Below, in pieces: positions 1 to 9,265 of a DNA stretch of 64,000 nucleotides (positions are counted from its first letter, which is position 1; every line of letters begins with the position of its first letter). The position numbers were made by a program, and so were the translations under genes. The notes beneath the pieces were generated by a model, which did not search any database, was not told where the DNA came from, and saw nothing but the letters and a program-made list of their open reading frames with translations. The DNA is from Desulfurococcales archaeon (GTDB lineage: Archaea > Thermoproteota > Thermoprotei_A > Sulfolobales > Desulfurococcaceae), in assembly GCA_027022365.1 (NCBI GenBank), contig JALVYU010000026.1, positions 160,001-224,000 on the forward strand. Reading direction: 5' to 3'.

Positions 1-151
1 TTGATGCCTGTATCTCGGGCTTCGTGATAATCGTTATTCTTGACAGGTACGGGTTAACAACGCCGTAGTGTTTGATACTGCATGCTAGTTCGCATAGATG
101 GCATCCAGTACATTTCTCATAATCTACGGCTAGGATATACCTATGGGCCAT
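1..151 (-). CDS. 4Fe-4S dicluster protein (AOR small subunit/DmsB-like), runs off window edge
   Basis: Manual translation MAHRYILAVDYEKCTGCHLCELACSIKH with CxxCxxCxxxC; directly downstream of the AOR gene. Confidence 0.8.
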   Translation of the reverse strand, partial: MAHRYILAVDYEKCTGCHLCELACSIKHYGVVNPYLSRITIITKPEIQAS

Positions 152-156
152 CACGA

Positions 157-2100
157 TCACCTCCCACGCGGATACTTGTCCAGAGGCCATAGGGGTGGGC
201 CATCCCATTCTGGGAACTCCTTGTTCTCGATCTCGTCGGCAACCCACTCGATCCCCAGGTTTCTCAGCGTCTCTCTCTTCGGCACCGCGGTCTCTACGTC
301 ACACCCTCTCCTTTTAAGATACTCGTCGACCATCTCCCAGTGCCTCTTTATCTCGGCCTGTACCTTCGGCGTATTGATTATTTCTGGCGGGAACGGCACT
401 GCGTAGTGCTTCTTCTTGATGCCCTGCTTGACGTTGAACGCCATCTCGATCAGGTATATCCTGTCGGCAATCTCTACTAGCTTCTCCTCGGTGAACTCGT
501 AGCCTGTGGCGGCTGTCAGTAGCTTGGCTAGCCCCTTGAATAACGGGTACTTCCATACTAGTGGTACGGCCTGTGGCCAAGAGTTGATTGAGCCCTTACA
601 CCTACCGATGCTGTCGGCGAGTGTACAGGCGCGTTCGCTGACGATCAACGCTCCTACAGGGTCTTTCCTATAGTCTGGGAGGCCGCCCTCAAGGAGCTTT
701 AGGGGCAGCTCTGGATCCATGTTTCTGTCGTTCTCCCAGTATGCCCAGCTTCTTCCGCGCAGGTGGTCTGCTCCTCTCGTTGAGGTTGCATGTGCTAGTG
801 TGAAGATGCCGTTGAGAAAGTCTACGTGGTACCATCCTCTGCTTAGTCCTTTGACATCATAACTGTATTTGAGCGCTTCTGGGCCTATGATCTTGGCGAA
901 GTTCCTGTATCCTTCAGCCAGCTTGTTTCCGAAGCCCTCCCTGTATGCTATCATCTCTATGAGCTTGATCTGGGTCTCAGCATCGCCCCATTTCAGCGGT
1001 ATTCCGCCGGTGTCCGTGTCTGTTATTATTCCTTTCTCGTAAAGGAACTTGGCCATTGCAAGGGTGTCTCCGAGCGTGATCACATCCATGCCGTACTCGT
1101 CGGCCATCTGCTCCATCTTCAGTATAGCCTCAGTATCGGTTATCGCGTTGTTTGCTCCGAGCGCGTAGATCGACTCATACTCGCTCGATACTCCGTACTC
1201 GTTCCACCTAGGAAGCTTATAGACGTCCTTGCACGATACTGGGCAGCTGAAACACTGTGTCCTGCCTACCTCGTACTTGGCGAGGTCAACGGGCCTTATG
1301 CCCTCGGGCAGTTCTTCGGGGCCCAGGTATTTCTCGAAGTATTTCCAGCCGGGATACCATGCTAGTAGTCCGTAATGGGTCCCTATCACACTGTATATTT
1401 TCTTTACGAACTCGTTTTTCTTGAACCATTCTTCGTCCTCCTTGGCCAGCTTGAAGAAGGTCTCGGGATCAGCGATCTCGACGCCCTTGGTTCCCCTCAC
1501 TGCTATGGCTTTGAGGTTCTTAGAGCCCCAGACAGCGCCTGTTCCACGGGCTCCACTGTGGTACTTATCGATCATGGTGGTGGCGAATCTTACGAGGTGC
1601 TCGCCCGCCGGGCCTATGCCGGCCACAGCTATGTCGTCGCCATGGATGTCTCTCAGCGTGTCAACCATTTCGCTGACCTTTAATCCCCACAGATCACTTG
1701 CGTCCCTGATCTCCACCGTGTCGTCCTCGATCCAAATGTATTTAGGCTTGCTAGCTCTCCCGGTAATGACTATCTGGTCGTAGCCGGCATGCTTTAGGAT
1801 CGCTGAGAACTCGCCGCCAGCACTGCCGTCGCCTAGTATTCCTGATAAAGGCGATAGACTGCTTATCTCGGTCCTGCTTGTCATCGATAAGGCTGTGCCA
1901 GCCAACGCACCGTTAGCTAGACACAACACGTTCTCCGGGCTCAGCGGGTCTATTCCCGGCTTAACCATCTTGAATAACCTGTAGGAGTTAAGGCCTCTCC
2001 CGCCAAGATACATCTTGGCCTCTGTCTCGCTGAGAGGCTGTACTACGACTTTTTCCCTGGTTAAGTCGACATAGATTACTCTGCCTCCCCAACCATACAA
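157..2100 (-). CDS. aor: Tungsten-containing aldehyde:ferredoxin oxidoreductase family protein
   Basis: MYGWGGRVIYVDL start, YLGGRGL, IGPAGE, GSKNLKAIAV, CxxCxxxC, EYES, RGADH motifs. Confidence 0.9.
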   Translation of the reverse strand: MYGWGGRVIYVDLTREKVVVQPLSETEAKMYLGGRGLNSYRLFKMVKPGIDPLSPENVLCLANGALAGTALSMTSRTEISSLSPLSGILGDGSAGGEFSAILKHAGYDQIVITGRASKPKYIWIEDDTVEIRDASDLWGLKVSEMVDTLRDIHGDDIAVAGIGPAGEHLVRFATTMIDKYHSGARGTGAVWGSKNLKAIAVRGTKGVEIADPETFFKLAKEDEEWFKKNEFVKKIYSVIGTHYGLLAWYPGWKYFEKYLGPEELPEGIRPVDLAKYEVGRTQCFSCPVSCKDVYKLPRWNEYGVSSEYESIYALGANNAITDTEAILKMEQMADEYGMDVITLGDTLAMAKFLYEKGIITDTDTGGIPLKWGDAETQIKLIEMIAYREGFGNKLAEGYRNFAKIIGPEALKYSYDVKGLSRGWYHVDFLNGIFTLAHATSTRGADHLRGRSWAYWENDRNMDPELPLKLLEGGLPDYRKDPVGALIVSERACTLADSIGRCKGSINSWPQAVPLVWKYPLFKGLAKLLTAATGYEFTEEKLVEIADRIYLIEMAFNVKQGIKKKHYAVPFPPEIINTPKVQAEIKRHWEMVDEYLKRRGCDVETAVPKRETLRNLGIEWVADEIENKEFPEWDGPPLWPLDKYPRGR

Positions 2101-2402
2101 TTAGATCACCAGGACATGTTGTTCAAATAGAAAATGTAGGGTCCACGACGGATAATAAGCATTCCCCAATATTCTATCACAGAGTGTTTACTCTTCATAT
2201 AAGCAAAGCATTCCTTCCAACAAATAATATGTACAGCAAAAACAAACAAGATAGAATACTCTAATAAACACCGAGACAAAAACAAGATAAAATGAAGCAA
2301 TGACGAAGGAGTCACGAGACTGAACAAATGATGACCGGGCTATCAAGCCGAGCAAAAACACAGAAATAGGCAACAATACTATCACAAAATACACGGACAA
2401 CA

Positions 2403-2481
2403 GGGCCCGTAGCCTAGCCAGGACCAAGGCGCCGGCCTTCGGAGCCGGAGACCCCGGGTTCAAATCCCGGCGGGCCCGCCA
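2403..2481 (+). tRNA. tRNA-Arg(TCG), encoded CCA
   Basis: Cloverleaf GGGCCCG..CGGGCCC; anticodon arm CCGGC-CT TCG GA-GCCGG; GGTTCAAATCC T arm. Confidence 0.95.
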
Positions 2482-2606
2482 CTTATGAACTCACTATATA
2501 AGTCTTTCCTTTTTATCCAAGATAAGGCCGTAGCTTCTAGTTCAGATAAGAACTAAATTAGTTCCTAGCTTCATCGTTGATAACCTCGGCAGATAATCTT
2601 GACGAT

Positions 2607-3059
2607 CTAGGGCGCAACTTTTAGCCAGGGAACTCTCTTAAAGTCTTCATCGAATGTTATGATAGTGTCTATGTTATTGTGTTTACATGTTAGGGCTATG
2701 ATTGCGTCGCTTGGAAGGAGTTTTAGTTGGCTAGCTGTTTCTATCATGTCTTGGTATTCCACGTTTTCTACTAGGACTTCTACCTCAAGGTCTTCCAGTA
2801 ACTTCCTTATACCATTAACTATGAACTCTGGATATCCCTTGTTCACTATTAGTTTTCTTAGGCTGTACGGCCCTTTAAGTTCCTCCATGGTCTTGTAGCA
2901 TTTTCTTGTGGATATGTAGAGTAATTCGTTTATCACTGTTAGACTAGTATAGAACTTGTTTTCTTCGTAATCCTCTAGCAACTTTCGGGCTTTACGTGTG
3001 AGGTTTGTCTCAAATAATACATTATAAAATATATTCGTGTCTATGAAGACCTTATTCAC
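2607..3059 (-). CDS. vapC: PIN-domain toxin, VapC family
   Basis: VFIDTNIF, EL, LLPSDAIIA, IITFDEDF acidic PIN motifs. Confidence 0.9.
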   Translation of the reverse strand: MNKVFIDTNIFYNVLFETNLTRKARKLLEDYEENKFYTSLTVINELLYISTRKCYKTMEELKGPYSLRKLIVNKGYPEFIVNGIRKLLEDLEVEVLVENVEYQDMIETASQLKLLPSDAIIALTCKHNNIDTIITFDEDFKRVPWLKVAP

Positions 3060-3271
3060 TGAGCTTGAGCCTCCTCCTCATACTCCTTGAGCTCCTCTAC
3101 AGAAGCCTTACCGAATAACCCAACATATTTGTCGAGTACTTCGCTCACTCTATGCTTACGTATGAAGACTACTAGCTCCTCTCCCTCCTGTAACTCTACC
3201 GGCTCCAACGGCTTTAATACTCCCTTCTCATATCGGACACGTATAGCCTTAGACAAGACCCTATCCACCAC
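3056..3271 (-). CDS. Antitoxin, AF2212/DUF104-like
   Basis: RVRYEKGVLKPLEPVELQEGEE motif; overlaps the vapC start. Confidence 0.85.
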   Translation of the reverse strand: MVDRVLSKAIRVRYEKGVLKPLEPVELQEGEELVVFIRKHRVSEVLDKYVGLFGKASVEELKEYEEEAQAQ

Positions 3272-4211
3272 TTATAAGTAGTACTCCTCAAGGCAATTAG
3301 CCTTTCTAGTCTAGGCGTTTCCGGATCATCAGTAACAATATTTATGGGCGATAATCATTTTTGAAGTTTGTTTCCAGTTCATGGTTTCCTCTGGAAACTC
3401 CACTTATATTTCCCGGGTTTTCGGAGCGGAGATCCTGGCTCTAATCCCTGCGGGCCCGCCACTTATGAACTCACTATATAAGTCTTTCCTGACTGTTCCC
3501 GATAAGTTTTTATACCCTTGGGATTGTCCCATTTCTCCTCATGAGATTTGGGACACTTGCATTGTATCTTGGAGGAGTGGCAGGCAAAGGAAGTTCTCCA
3601 GCACCTCTATTGCCAGCACAAGAGTATTAGAGAGCTGGCTAGCCTGTTAAGTGTTAGTAAGAGTACTCCCCATAGATGATTGAAGGGGGAGCAGCCAATC
3701 CCAGCTCTGCTAAGGGTAAGGCTCTGCGAATTACTGCCAGAGGAAGAACTCTTACATATTCAGAGCTTCCAAAGTACCTCGAAGACTATTTCAGAAAATT
3801 TCCAGAAAGTGTGTTATAATCTATAATCATAGAAACATTACTAAAATACGCCATATTCTTACTATGATAATTGTGGTTTTGGGCTGGAAAACAGCCATAG
3901 ACAAAGGTATTAACTATAAAGCATAAATGCTTCCAAATGAGATAATAGAATATCTATAAATATCTGTTTAGGTCATAAGGAATTAAGATGATCTTGGGGT
4001 ATTTCCTACTGCTTCTACGTATATCTGCTTTTATAAATTACGTCTTGTATTAAAATTGTGCCATACAAAAGGATATGACCAATGAAGGGTCAATATCTTT
4101 TATAAGTTTCTCTCTATTGCTTCTTTTTTGGTTCTCTTTATCGTGTCATCAAAGCAAGTAATAGACTTTATTTAGTAGAGATATGCTAGAGATTGCCGGA
4201 GGTTAATTATA

Positions 4212-5066
4212 ATGGATCTTGCTATATTAAGAAAGAATGTGGAGCTATGTTTCTCTTCTGCTATTAAGGATTCAGAAAAAAGAAAAGTGGCTGTTTCTCG
4301 AAGGGCAACTGGAAGTGCAAGTGGACTACCTTTTGAGCCTTGGGCTAGAGACATACTACAAGAATGTGGATTCTCTGTATTTCTTCAAGAAGAGTTCATT
4401 GGTACAGTTGTAAGAGAGATGAGAAAAAGAGGTTATACCAATGACAAAATATCGTATATTATCAGGGAGAGAACTTGGTGGGGTATGAAGGATTACATGG
4501 TTTCAAGAAAACAACTAGAGGCAGCTCTTAAAAATACCGATATACCTACATATCAACAGAGTATTGCAGATATTGTACTATTTTATGGAAATGATATAGT
4601 CAGCGAACTCAATAACATAGTTATTATCAATGTCAAATCACATGATATTGATAGAAAAAGTAGGGATCCTAATATTATATCAGCTAAAAGAGTTTTGGAG
4701 TTTTTCAAGGATCTCTTGGAAAAGGCTGTCACCTATCCGGAATTCATCGATAAGGCTAATTTATGGTTTATAGGTTTCTACTATAAGAGATATCGAAGCT
4801 ATAGTGAAATAAAAGAAATATATGTAAAAGATTTATTCAAACTTGATGTTACAAGAATACCTGTTATAAACTTCGATGCTGCAATTCAGATACAGTGGCA
4901 TGTTAAAAATATGATTGAGAAAGAGGATATGGACAAGCTAAAATTCATTGAAAGTCTTGCAGAGGAGTATCTTAAAAGATGGCAGGAATTCGTGCAGAAG
5001 CGTACCCAAAAACTAGAGGAAACAATTCAAGAATTGAAGTCGTTAATTAAGAAGGTAAAAAGCTAA
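4212..5066 (+). CDS. Type II restriction endonuclease, HincII-like
   Basis: Q..ADIVL, NVKS, PNIISA, INFDAAIQIQWHV resemble HincII motifs; convergent with an MTase; AT-rich. Confidence 0.75.
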   Translation: MDLAILRKNVELCFSSAIKDSEKRKVAVSRRATGSASGLPFEPWARDILQECGFSVFLQEEFIGTVVREMRKRGYTNDKISYIIRERTWWGMKDYMVSRKQLEAALKNTDIPTYQQSIADIVLFYGNDIVSELNNIVIINVKSHDIDRKSRDPNIISAKRVLEFFKDLLEKAVTYPEFIDKANLWFIGFYYKRYRSYSEIKEIYVKDLFKLDVTRIPVINFDAAIQIQWHVKNMIEKEDMDKLKFIESLAEEYLKRWQEFVQKRTQKLEETIQELKSLIKKVKS

Positions 5067-5077
5067 AGAAGGCTTTT

Positions 5078-6685
5078 CTAATGAAGGGTGATTCGTAGAA
5101 GTTTAGAAACTAGTCTGTTAATTTCATCGATATACGTTCTCCACGATTTCTTACTAATTATTTCATTTGTTAAATTAACTATTTCTTCATATAGTTTCTT
5201 TTCTTCACTATTATTCCAGTCTATTCTAATAATGGGTATAGTTGCTAAAGGTTTCTCTGAGAAATCATAAACTCCTCCACGGGTAAATCCCTTATATATT
5301 ATATATTGTTGATAAGGCTCGGAATTTAACAGGGCCAATAAATACTTTGCGCCTTCGCGAAATTCAGCCTTAGGACAGATTACGGTTACATCTTGAGTAG
5401 CATAGTATAAGCCCTTTATATAAGCAAACCTGAAGTAACCCCGGGTATCGTACCGCTCCTTGCTTGGTACAAGTATTTTTTCTTCATATCTTTCAAAAAG
5501 ATGCTTATTCCGGGGGAACACCCAATGCCACCACGGTATGTATCTCCCGTAGTTATATCTCTTGAGTAGCCTGTCTTTGTACTGGGTAAGCTTTTGATAA
5601 AAATATGGATAGTCTTTCCTTAGCTCATCTTCCCTCTCGACATCATTTATATAAATATAAGGTATGGGGTTTTTTATAGGGTAAAATCTATCTAGAGTGC
5701 TTGCTTTATATACGTATATCACATGATTCTTTTCTTTTGAATTTAGTTTTTGTATTTCATTTTCGTTTAACTGGAAAACTTTATCGAGGCCACTGACCAT
5801 TCCGTTGCCTATCTCAGCTATATTACCGAGAAGCGATATTCTCCTGAAATGTATTAATGGTGAGAATTGGAAAGATAACAGGGGGTTTAAAGTTGATATA
5901 TTATCAGGAACAGGTCTCCACGGCTCTCCGTCTTTGAATTGTTCGTGAAGAAAAGCTTCGTAGATGCCATCACGGATATATTTTTCCCCGTTATCTAGTC
6001 TAAGGAGTAATTTCTTTATCCTATCAAGATGAGTAGGCGTGAGACGCTCCTTTGTATGTAAATTAACTATTTTTATTTGTTTCAAGGATTTTCTTTTCAC
6101 ATATTTAAATATAATAATAGTAGAGGACACTTCCTCAAATATACGCATCTCATTAAAATTAATCAGTAATTCTAAATGACCCCTCTTGATAAGGTAATTT
6201 CTCAGTTTCCTTCCATGAACAGTTTCTGTCCAGAAAATTGGTGTAATAAAGATGAGTTCTCCTCCGGGCTTTAACATATTAACACTATGATAAATAAATG
6301 CGTAGGTTAAATCCGATAAACCGTTCATTATAGAACTCCAATAATTATCGCTTCTAAATTTATCCCTCCATTTTTTAGGTATATTTTTCCATCTAACATA
6401 GGGTGGATTTCCAATAACTACATCATACTTTTCTTCAGGTTTCACTTCTAAGAAATCCTTGTACACTATTTTTACGGGCGAGTAGTTTGGTAGGTTTTGG
6501 TCTATTTCATAAGCATGTATATTCGTGTATCCAGCCTCAACAAGAGCAGAAAGGAACACGCCAGTACCAGCACACGGATCTAAAATCAATGCATTTTTAG
6601 GCTTAGTTATAAGAGAAACCATAAACTTGGCAACAAATTTTGGCGTGAAATATTGCCCTAGCTCCTTAGTCTTCTTCTCCCTCAT
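5078..6685 (-). CDS. N6-adenine DNA methyltransferase, gamma class (TaqI/HincII-like)
   Basis: LGQYFTP, LDPCAGTG, GNPPY motifs; C-terminal TaqI-like LLALLNS region. Confidence 0.9.
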   Translation of the reverse strand: MREKKTKELGQYFTPKFVAKFMVSLITKPKNALILDPCAGTGVFLSALVEAGYTNIHAYEIDQNLPNYSPVKIVYKDFLEVKPEEKYDVVIGNPPYVRWKNIPKKWRDKFRSDNYWSSIMNGLSDLTYAFIYHSVNMLKPGGELIFITPIFWTETVHGRKLRNYLIKRGHLELLINFNEMRIFEEVSSTIIIFKYVKRKSLKQIKIVNLHTKERLTPTHLDRIKKLLLRLDNGEKYIRDGIYEAFLHEQFKDGEPWRPVPDNISTLNPLLSFQFSPLIHFRRISLLGNIAEIGNGMVSGLDKVFQLNENEIQKLNSKEKNHVIYVYKASTLDRFYPIKNPIPYIYINDVEREDELRKDYPYFYQKLTQYKDRLLKRYNYGRYIPWWHWVFPRNKHLFERYEEKILVPSKERYDTRGYFRFAYIKGLYYATQDVTVICPKAEFREGAKYLLALLNSEPYQQYIIYKGFTRGGVYDFSEKPLATIPIIRIDWNNSEEKKLYEEIVNLTNEIISKKSWRTYIDEINRLVSKLLRITLH

Positions 6686-7240
6686 ATTTATTCACCTCTT
6701 TAATCAAATTATAAATGATTATATTATGGACTTCTCTGCCAACCATGACAAAACTATTACTTTAACAGTTTCAGAATCGCTATTAAGTCCAAGTTTTTTC
6801 CTTATCATTTTAATTATTTCATATTGCTTTTTAGAAAAAAGGACTTGTACCCGCTTATACCGTTGCTCCGTAGACATTATACTCGTACCCGAGTATAATA
6901 ATACTCGATTTTGAGTATATTTGAGTATATATGTTATGCACTTAGTAGATCTAGATCTTCAAGTGGAATTCATATGCTATTCATTCTTTTTCATAAAGCC
7001 TATATTCATAATATTCATACCCGAGCTCAAGTTTATAGAAGGTAGATCTTGAATATACTCTAGAACGCTAGTTAGTTTAAGAAGACCAATATAAAGACAA
7101 GGCGCCAAGCCCATTATAGAATAGGAAGGGCGAGATGAGCTTTTGTCTCGAGATCCTGGAATCCCCTAGTATTATGGCTTAGACCTACACTTTTCTCTTC
7201 GATATATAGATGTTGTGCTGAGAGTTATAGGCTTCTTCCT

Positions 7241-7810
7241 GTGGATGTAAGAAGGGTTTTGGAGGATAAGAAGCTTGGATATTTCGGTGATGTTCGGCGT
7301 TCGCTAGATCTGCTTCTATGTATGCATGCTTATTGGGATCTCCAGTATGGGCCTAAAAGGGTTAAGAATGCTCCGGAGCTGAGAAGGCGTGTAAAGTTGG
7401 GTTGGATAGCTTATAGCATGAATGCTGCTCAAAAACTTCTTGATCAATGGAGCCAGTTAGAAGAAGAGTTATGGAAATGGTATGAAGATGAGGGCAACAA
7501 ATACAGGGATAAGAAGACGTTTAAGGATTCCATAGACTTCCTGCACGGCTACATACAGACAACAATTGCCGAACTGGCAGATATCACGCTGTTTAACATA
7601 CGGTTTCAGAGTCCACTTCACTTCATCGTACCACGTTTCTTAAGTTTGGTTGAGATAAACAAGTACAAACACTTTAATGAAGAGAAGTACTTCTTCGTCA
7701 GTGACCTCATAGCTATCCGTCTCGTACTCTACAAACCAACAAACCCGTCCGTCGATGATTTCTTGACTGTGAGTCTTGAACCCTTGAGAAAAAAGAATAT
7801 TGTTATGTGA
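7241..7810 (+). CDS. Hypothetical protein, possibly truncated
   Basis: 189-aa ORF without recognisable motif. Confidence 0.45.
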   Translation: MDVRRVLEDKKLGYFGDVRRSLDLLLCMHAYWDLQYGPKRVKNAPELRRRVKLGWIAYSMNAAQKLLDQWSQLEEELWKWYEDEGNKYRDKKTFKDSIDFLHGYIQTTIAELADITLFNIRFQSPLHFIVPRFLSLVEINKYKHFNEEKYFFVSDLIAIRLVLYKPTNPSVDDFLTVSLEPLRKKNIVM

Positions 7811-8096
7811 TATTATGGCTAGCTGTGGAGAAGAATTAACATGGAAGAGGATATGAAACTCACTTACTGAAGAAAGCCGAGAAGTATGCCTGCATTAGAG
7901 GGAAGTATACCCTCACCGCTAAGACTTACGGAGGAGGGACTACGAACCCTATATTAAAAACATTGAAACTCTACAAGAATGAAGGGTTCAAAGTATATGA
8001 GACAATAGATCAATACAAAATCCTTTGACGGCAATCAGCCACTATCCTAATGGAAAAATTACCAGAATATTGAAAATCTTAATGATTAATTCGTTA

Positions 8097-8543
8097 TTAA
8101 GATGGTGTTTGTTCTTGCTCGTTATTTTCCTCTATGATTTTAAGTATTTTTTCTGCAAGTATTTCGAATCTCTTTAGATCTCTCAAAAGTTCGTTCAGAT
8201 TATCTGAGTGTTTAACTGTTACTTCTTTCTCAAGGATATTTCTCAGGGGGATCAAATATTCCTTGAGTATTCTTCTAGGGAATAGAAGTAGCTGATTCAG
8301 AGCGCTTTTTGCTTTGTATAGTTTCATTTTGCCTAGTTTAACATGATACACTAGGCCGTCATGCTCGAGCAGTCTTAGTGCTGTCGATGCTGTTGACTTA
8401 CCTATTCCTGCTTTCTCGGCTAGCTCTGTAATAGACATTTCCTTACCAGTATACAGGAGTATAGCGTATACCCTTGCCGCTGCAGGTGGATAACCAAAAT
8501 GTTCCAGTATTTTGGATATATAGAAGATAGGTGATTCCCTCAC
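8097..8543 (-). CDS. Winged-helix transcriptional regulator (GbsR/MarR/TrmB-like)
   Basis: FGYPPAAARVYAIL, SITELAEKAGIGKSTASTALRLLE..GLV HTH. Confidence 0.85.
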   Translation of the reverse strand: MRESPIFYISKILEHFGYPPAAARVYAILLYTGKEMSITELAEKAGIGKSTASTALRLLEHDGLVYHVKLGKMKLYKAKSALNQLLLFPRRILKEYLIPLRNILEKEVTVKHSDNLNELLRDLKRFEILAEKILKIIEENNEQEQTPS

Positions 8544-8609
8544 AGTCTACACCTTTGATTACTGTTTATTCTACCGGTACTAACGATTGTATCACTACTA
8601 TTTATTTTA

Positions 8610-8633
8610 TTTGTTCAGTTAAAACCGAACAAA
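8610..8633. promoter_or_regulatory. Inverted repeat, candidate operator in the divergent promoter
   Basis: TTTGTTCAGTT-AA-AACCGAACAAA, one mismatch in 11-bp arms. Confidence 0.55.
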
Positions 8634-8700
8634 CGAAATAAACAAAAAGTATAAAAATAACTACACACTATACTATTTCAAAACAAAATCTTATCCGGAA

Positions 8701-8919
8701 GTGATGGAATTGGCTAAAATGTCCGCGAATATGACTGTTGAAATAGCCGATGAGGTTCTCGGAAAAATTGCCGAGAGCCTTGGACTAGGCAAAAGCAAAG
8801 CGCCTCAAAAAGTAGTCATAGAAGTAAAGGACATAGGCGGAAAAATAGTAATAACAGCTGAGCCCACCAAGGAATCGGTGGCCGAAGGCGGTTTAAAGCT
8901 AGAAGCCGAGAAAGAGTAA
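8701..8919 (+). CDS. Small hypothetical protein
   Basis: 72-aa ORF divergent from the regulator. Confidence 0.65.
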   Translation: MMELAKMSANMTVEIADEVLGKIAESLGLGKSKAPQKVVIEVKDIGGKIVITAEPTKESVAEGGLKLEAEKE

Positions 8920-8939
8920 CAGCAACATAGTGACTTAAT

Positions 8940-9116
8940 GTGGTTAAGCTGAACATTAAGTTCGACATCGAAATTGATGACGATAAAATAATAAACACTA
9001 TTAGGAAATATGGTAAAGCAACTATTATCATAGCACAAGAGAAAAGTAACACCATAACTATAGTCCTCGAAGAAACAGGACAAATAATCGGATATGCCGA
9101 GCTAGTCTTTTTATAG
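8940..9116 (+). CDS. Small hypothetical protein (58 aa, not in ORF track), possible paralog of 8701-8919
   Basis: Manual translation from GTG: MVKLNIKFDIEIDDDKIINTIRKYGKATIIIAQEKSNTITIVLEETGQIIGYAELVFL. Confidence 0.55.
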   Translation: MVKLNIKFDIEIDDDKIINTIRKYGKATIIIAQEKSNTITIVLEETGQIIGYAELVFL

Positions 9117-9265
9117 CATACTCCAGTAGGATCCCAACACCCAGTCAGTATTGGGATCCTACTGGATCTATACCTTGCTGTTGTGCTATTTTTACAAAGG
9201 TCTTTTGATGTTTGGATATCAAGCACTATAGTTTATATATTACTTTATTCAATTTGTTAGGTTAG

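Larger units (their letters stand above)
2470..3490. mobile_element. Remnant integrated element bounded by a 41-bp direct repeat (tRNA-Arg 3' end plus flank), att-like
   Basis: 2470-2510 identical to 3450-3490; 3420-3449 is a degenerate copy of the tRNA from the anticodon onward. Confidence 0.75.

Noticed and set aside
2106-2463. Minus-strand ORFs of 73 and 91 aa
   Set aside because: One overlaps tRNA-Arg antisense; both lie in low-complexity A-rich intergenic DNA.
3677-3820. 47-aa ORF near the att remnant as an integrase fragment
   Set aside because: No tyrosine recombinase motif recognisable.
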